64,000 nt of DNA, taken from NCBI GenBank assembly GCA_039208375.1, contig JBCCRC010000009.1, positions 2,833-66,832 on the forward strand. The letters are read 5' to 3'. How positions within the stretch are numbered: the first letter of the stretch is position 1; every line of letters begins with the position of its first letter. A program made the position numbers and the translations under genes. This stretch comes from Pseudomonadota bacterium (GTDB lineage: Bacteria; Pseudomonadota; Alphaproteobacteria; Rhodobacterales; Rhodobacteraceae). This document shows positions 63,299 through 64,000 of this stretch, piece by piece. The notes beneath the pieces were generated by a model. That model made no database searches. It saw only the letters and a program-made list of their open reading frames with translations, and was not told the DNA's origin.

Positions 63299-63983
63299 GG
63301 CGGGCAACCTCCTCCCAGCGTGCCACCAGCGCATCGCTTAATGGAGCGGCGGATGGGCTGAACACATCCACATCGGGCATCGCGATAACGTCGAAGATCT
63401 TCGCGGCCCCAAGCGCGCTTTGAAGTCCCGCACGCCGACGGCGGCAACCGATGAAAAGGTCGTAGGCCCCAGGCACAAAAGCCGGCGCCGTATCGATCCG
63501 TTGCGGGGGCCCATCGTTCAGCGCAAGCATCCAGGCCGAACTTGCCGCATGCGCCAAAACCAAAGTGACACCCACACCCGCCGGTATGGGGCAGCTGATC
63601 CGCGCTGGGGCCTTTCGCTTGGCCAATGTGACTGCGCCTTCCTCATGGGAAAGAAAGATATAGTCGCGCCCGTCCACGGGCGTCACAGCTGCTAGCGTGC
63701 GACCGGGGTCTGCTTCTGCGCAGAACAGAATGGCAAGGCTTAGCATCGACGGGGCGCCCGGTAACGGCGCGGCAAAGCCGCATGCTTCCCGGCTGCGAAA
63801 CTGAAAGTGCCGGGCCGGCCCCGTGCCGCCAAGTTTGAGGGCGCCGTCGTTGCCATCCACGGGTTCTGCAACTTTGCCACCGGCCAGCGCCGCGATGCGC
63901 GTAACACCACCCCCCTCAAGCACTGCCCCGCCCGGCGCGTACCACACCCCACCCAGGGCAGCTACGGTCTCCTGCGCCGGCAC
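63288..63983 (-). CDS. hypothetical protein (possibly lectin/LamG-like beta fold), N-terminus may lie beyond the window
   Basis: GC3-rich ORF. The frame stays open from the GTG at 63983 to the window end. Its stop overlaps the sulfatase start by 11 nt. Confidence 0.5.
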   Translation of the reverse strand: MPAQETVAALGGVWYAPGGAVLEGGGVTRIAALAGGKVAEPVDGNDGALKLGGTGPARHFQFRSREACGFAAPLPGAPSMLSLAILFCAEADPGRTLAAVTPVDGRDYIFLSHEEGAVTLAKRKAPARISCPIPAGVGVTLVLAHAASSAWMLALNDGPPQRIDTAPAFVPGAYDLFIGCRRRRAGLQSALGAAKIFDVIAMPDVDVFSPSAAPLSDALVARWEEVARHVV

Positions 63984-64000
63984 AGGGGGCGATGGAAGCA

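Noticed and set aside
1-64000. rRNA, tRNA, tmRNA, RNase P, SRP or 6S RNA genes, riboswitches and prophage or defence-system genes.
   Set aside because: Reading the intergenic regions by eye, I saw no cloverleaf-like or conserved-core sequences (for example the RNase P GGAAAGTCCGG motif or a tmRNA tag reading frame). No ORF resembles restriction, Cas, toxin-antitoxin or phage structural proteins. A covariance-model scan would be needed to be certain.

Overview
High-GC (about 63-65%) alphaproteobacterial chromosome segment, Rhodobacterales-like by gene content, densely coded with many overlapping stop/start junctions. Three blocks can be read. (1) nt 1-21044, housekeeping and catabolic genes: EEP-family nuclease/phosphatase, pcaD-pcaC-pcaB plus a translationally coupled MFS transporter, an enolase-superfamily enzyme, a MoxR-type AAA ATPase with a VWA/DUF2201 partner, an orphan Flp/TadE-like prepilin, an NAD-salvage operon pncA-ykgJ-pncB, trhO, dnaA, rpsT, enoyl-CoA hydratase, mutM and ubiE-ubiB. 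(2) nt 22204-54133, a roughly 32-kb flagellar supercluster of the alphaproteobacterial (CtrA-controlled, Fla2-like) type: flgD, fliK, single-domain flgJ, flagellin, flaF/flbT, fliI, flgBC-fliEQ-flgFGAH-fliL, flhB-fliR-flhA, an SLT lytic transglycosylase, motA, motE-like, fliL, fliF-fliH-like-fliN-fliP, flgI-L-K-E and motB. (3) nt 54207-64000, an exopolysaccharide locus: TPR lipoprotein, priming sugar transferase, ExeA-like ATPase, chain-length determinant, BY-kinase, an RTX-tailed sulfatase and a possible lectin-fold protein. No rRNA, tRNA, CRISPR, transposase or integrase was recognised. The most unusual features are these: a 1.16-kb ORF-free, strand-skewed spacer between ubiB and flgD with a sigma-54-like promoter pointing into it; a recurring TTAA-N7-TTAA (CtrA-box-like) motif in essentially every flagellar promoter region, plus a dense GTTAA cluster in the EPS divergent promoter; a multi-hairpin flagellin leader next to flaF/flbT; a perfect 26-bp tandem repeat in front of the Flp-like gene; and a 56-nt polypyrimidine island upstream of the MoxR/VWA pair. 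All functional calls rest on reading the translated ORFs by eye. No database search was run.
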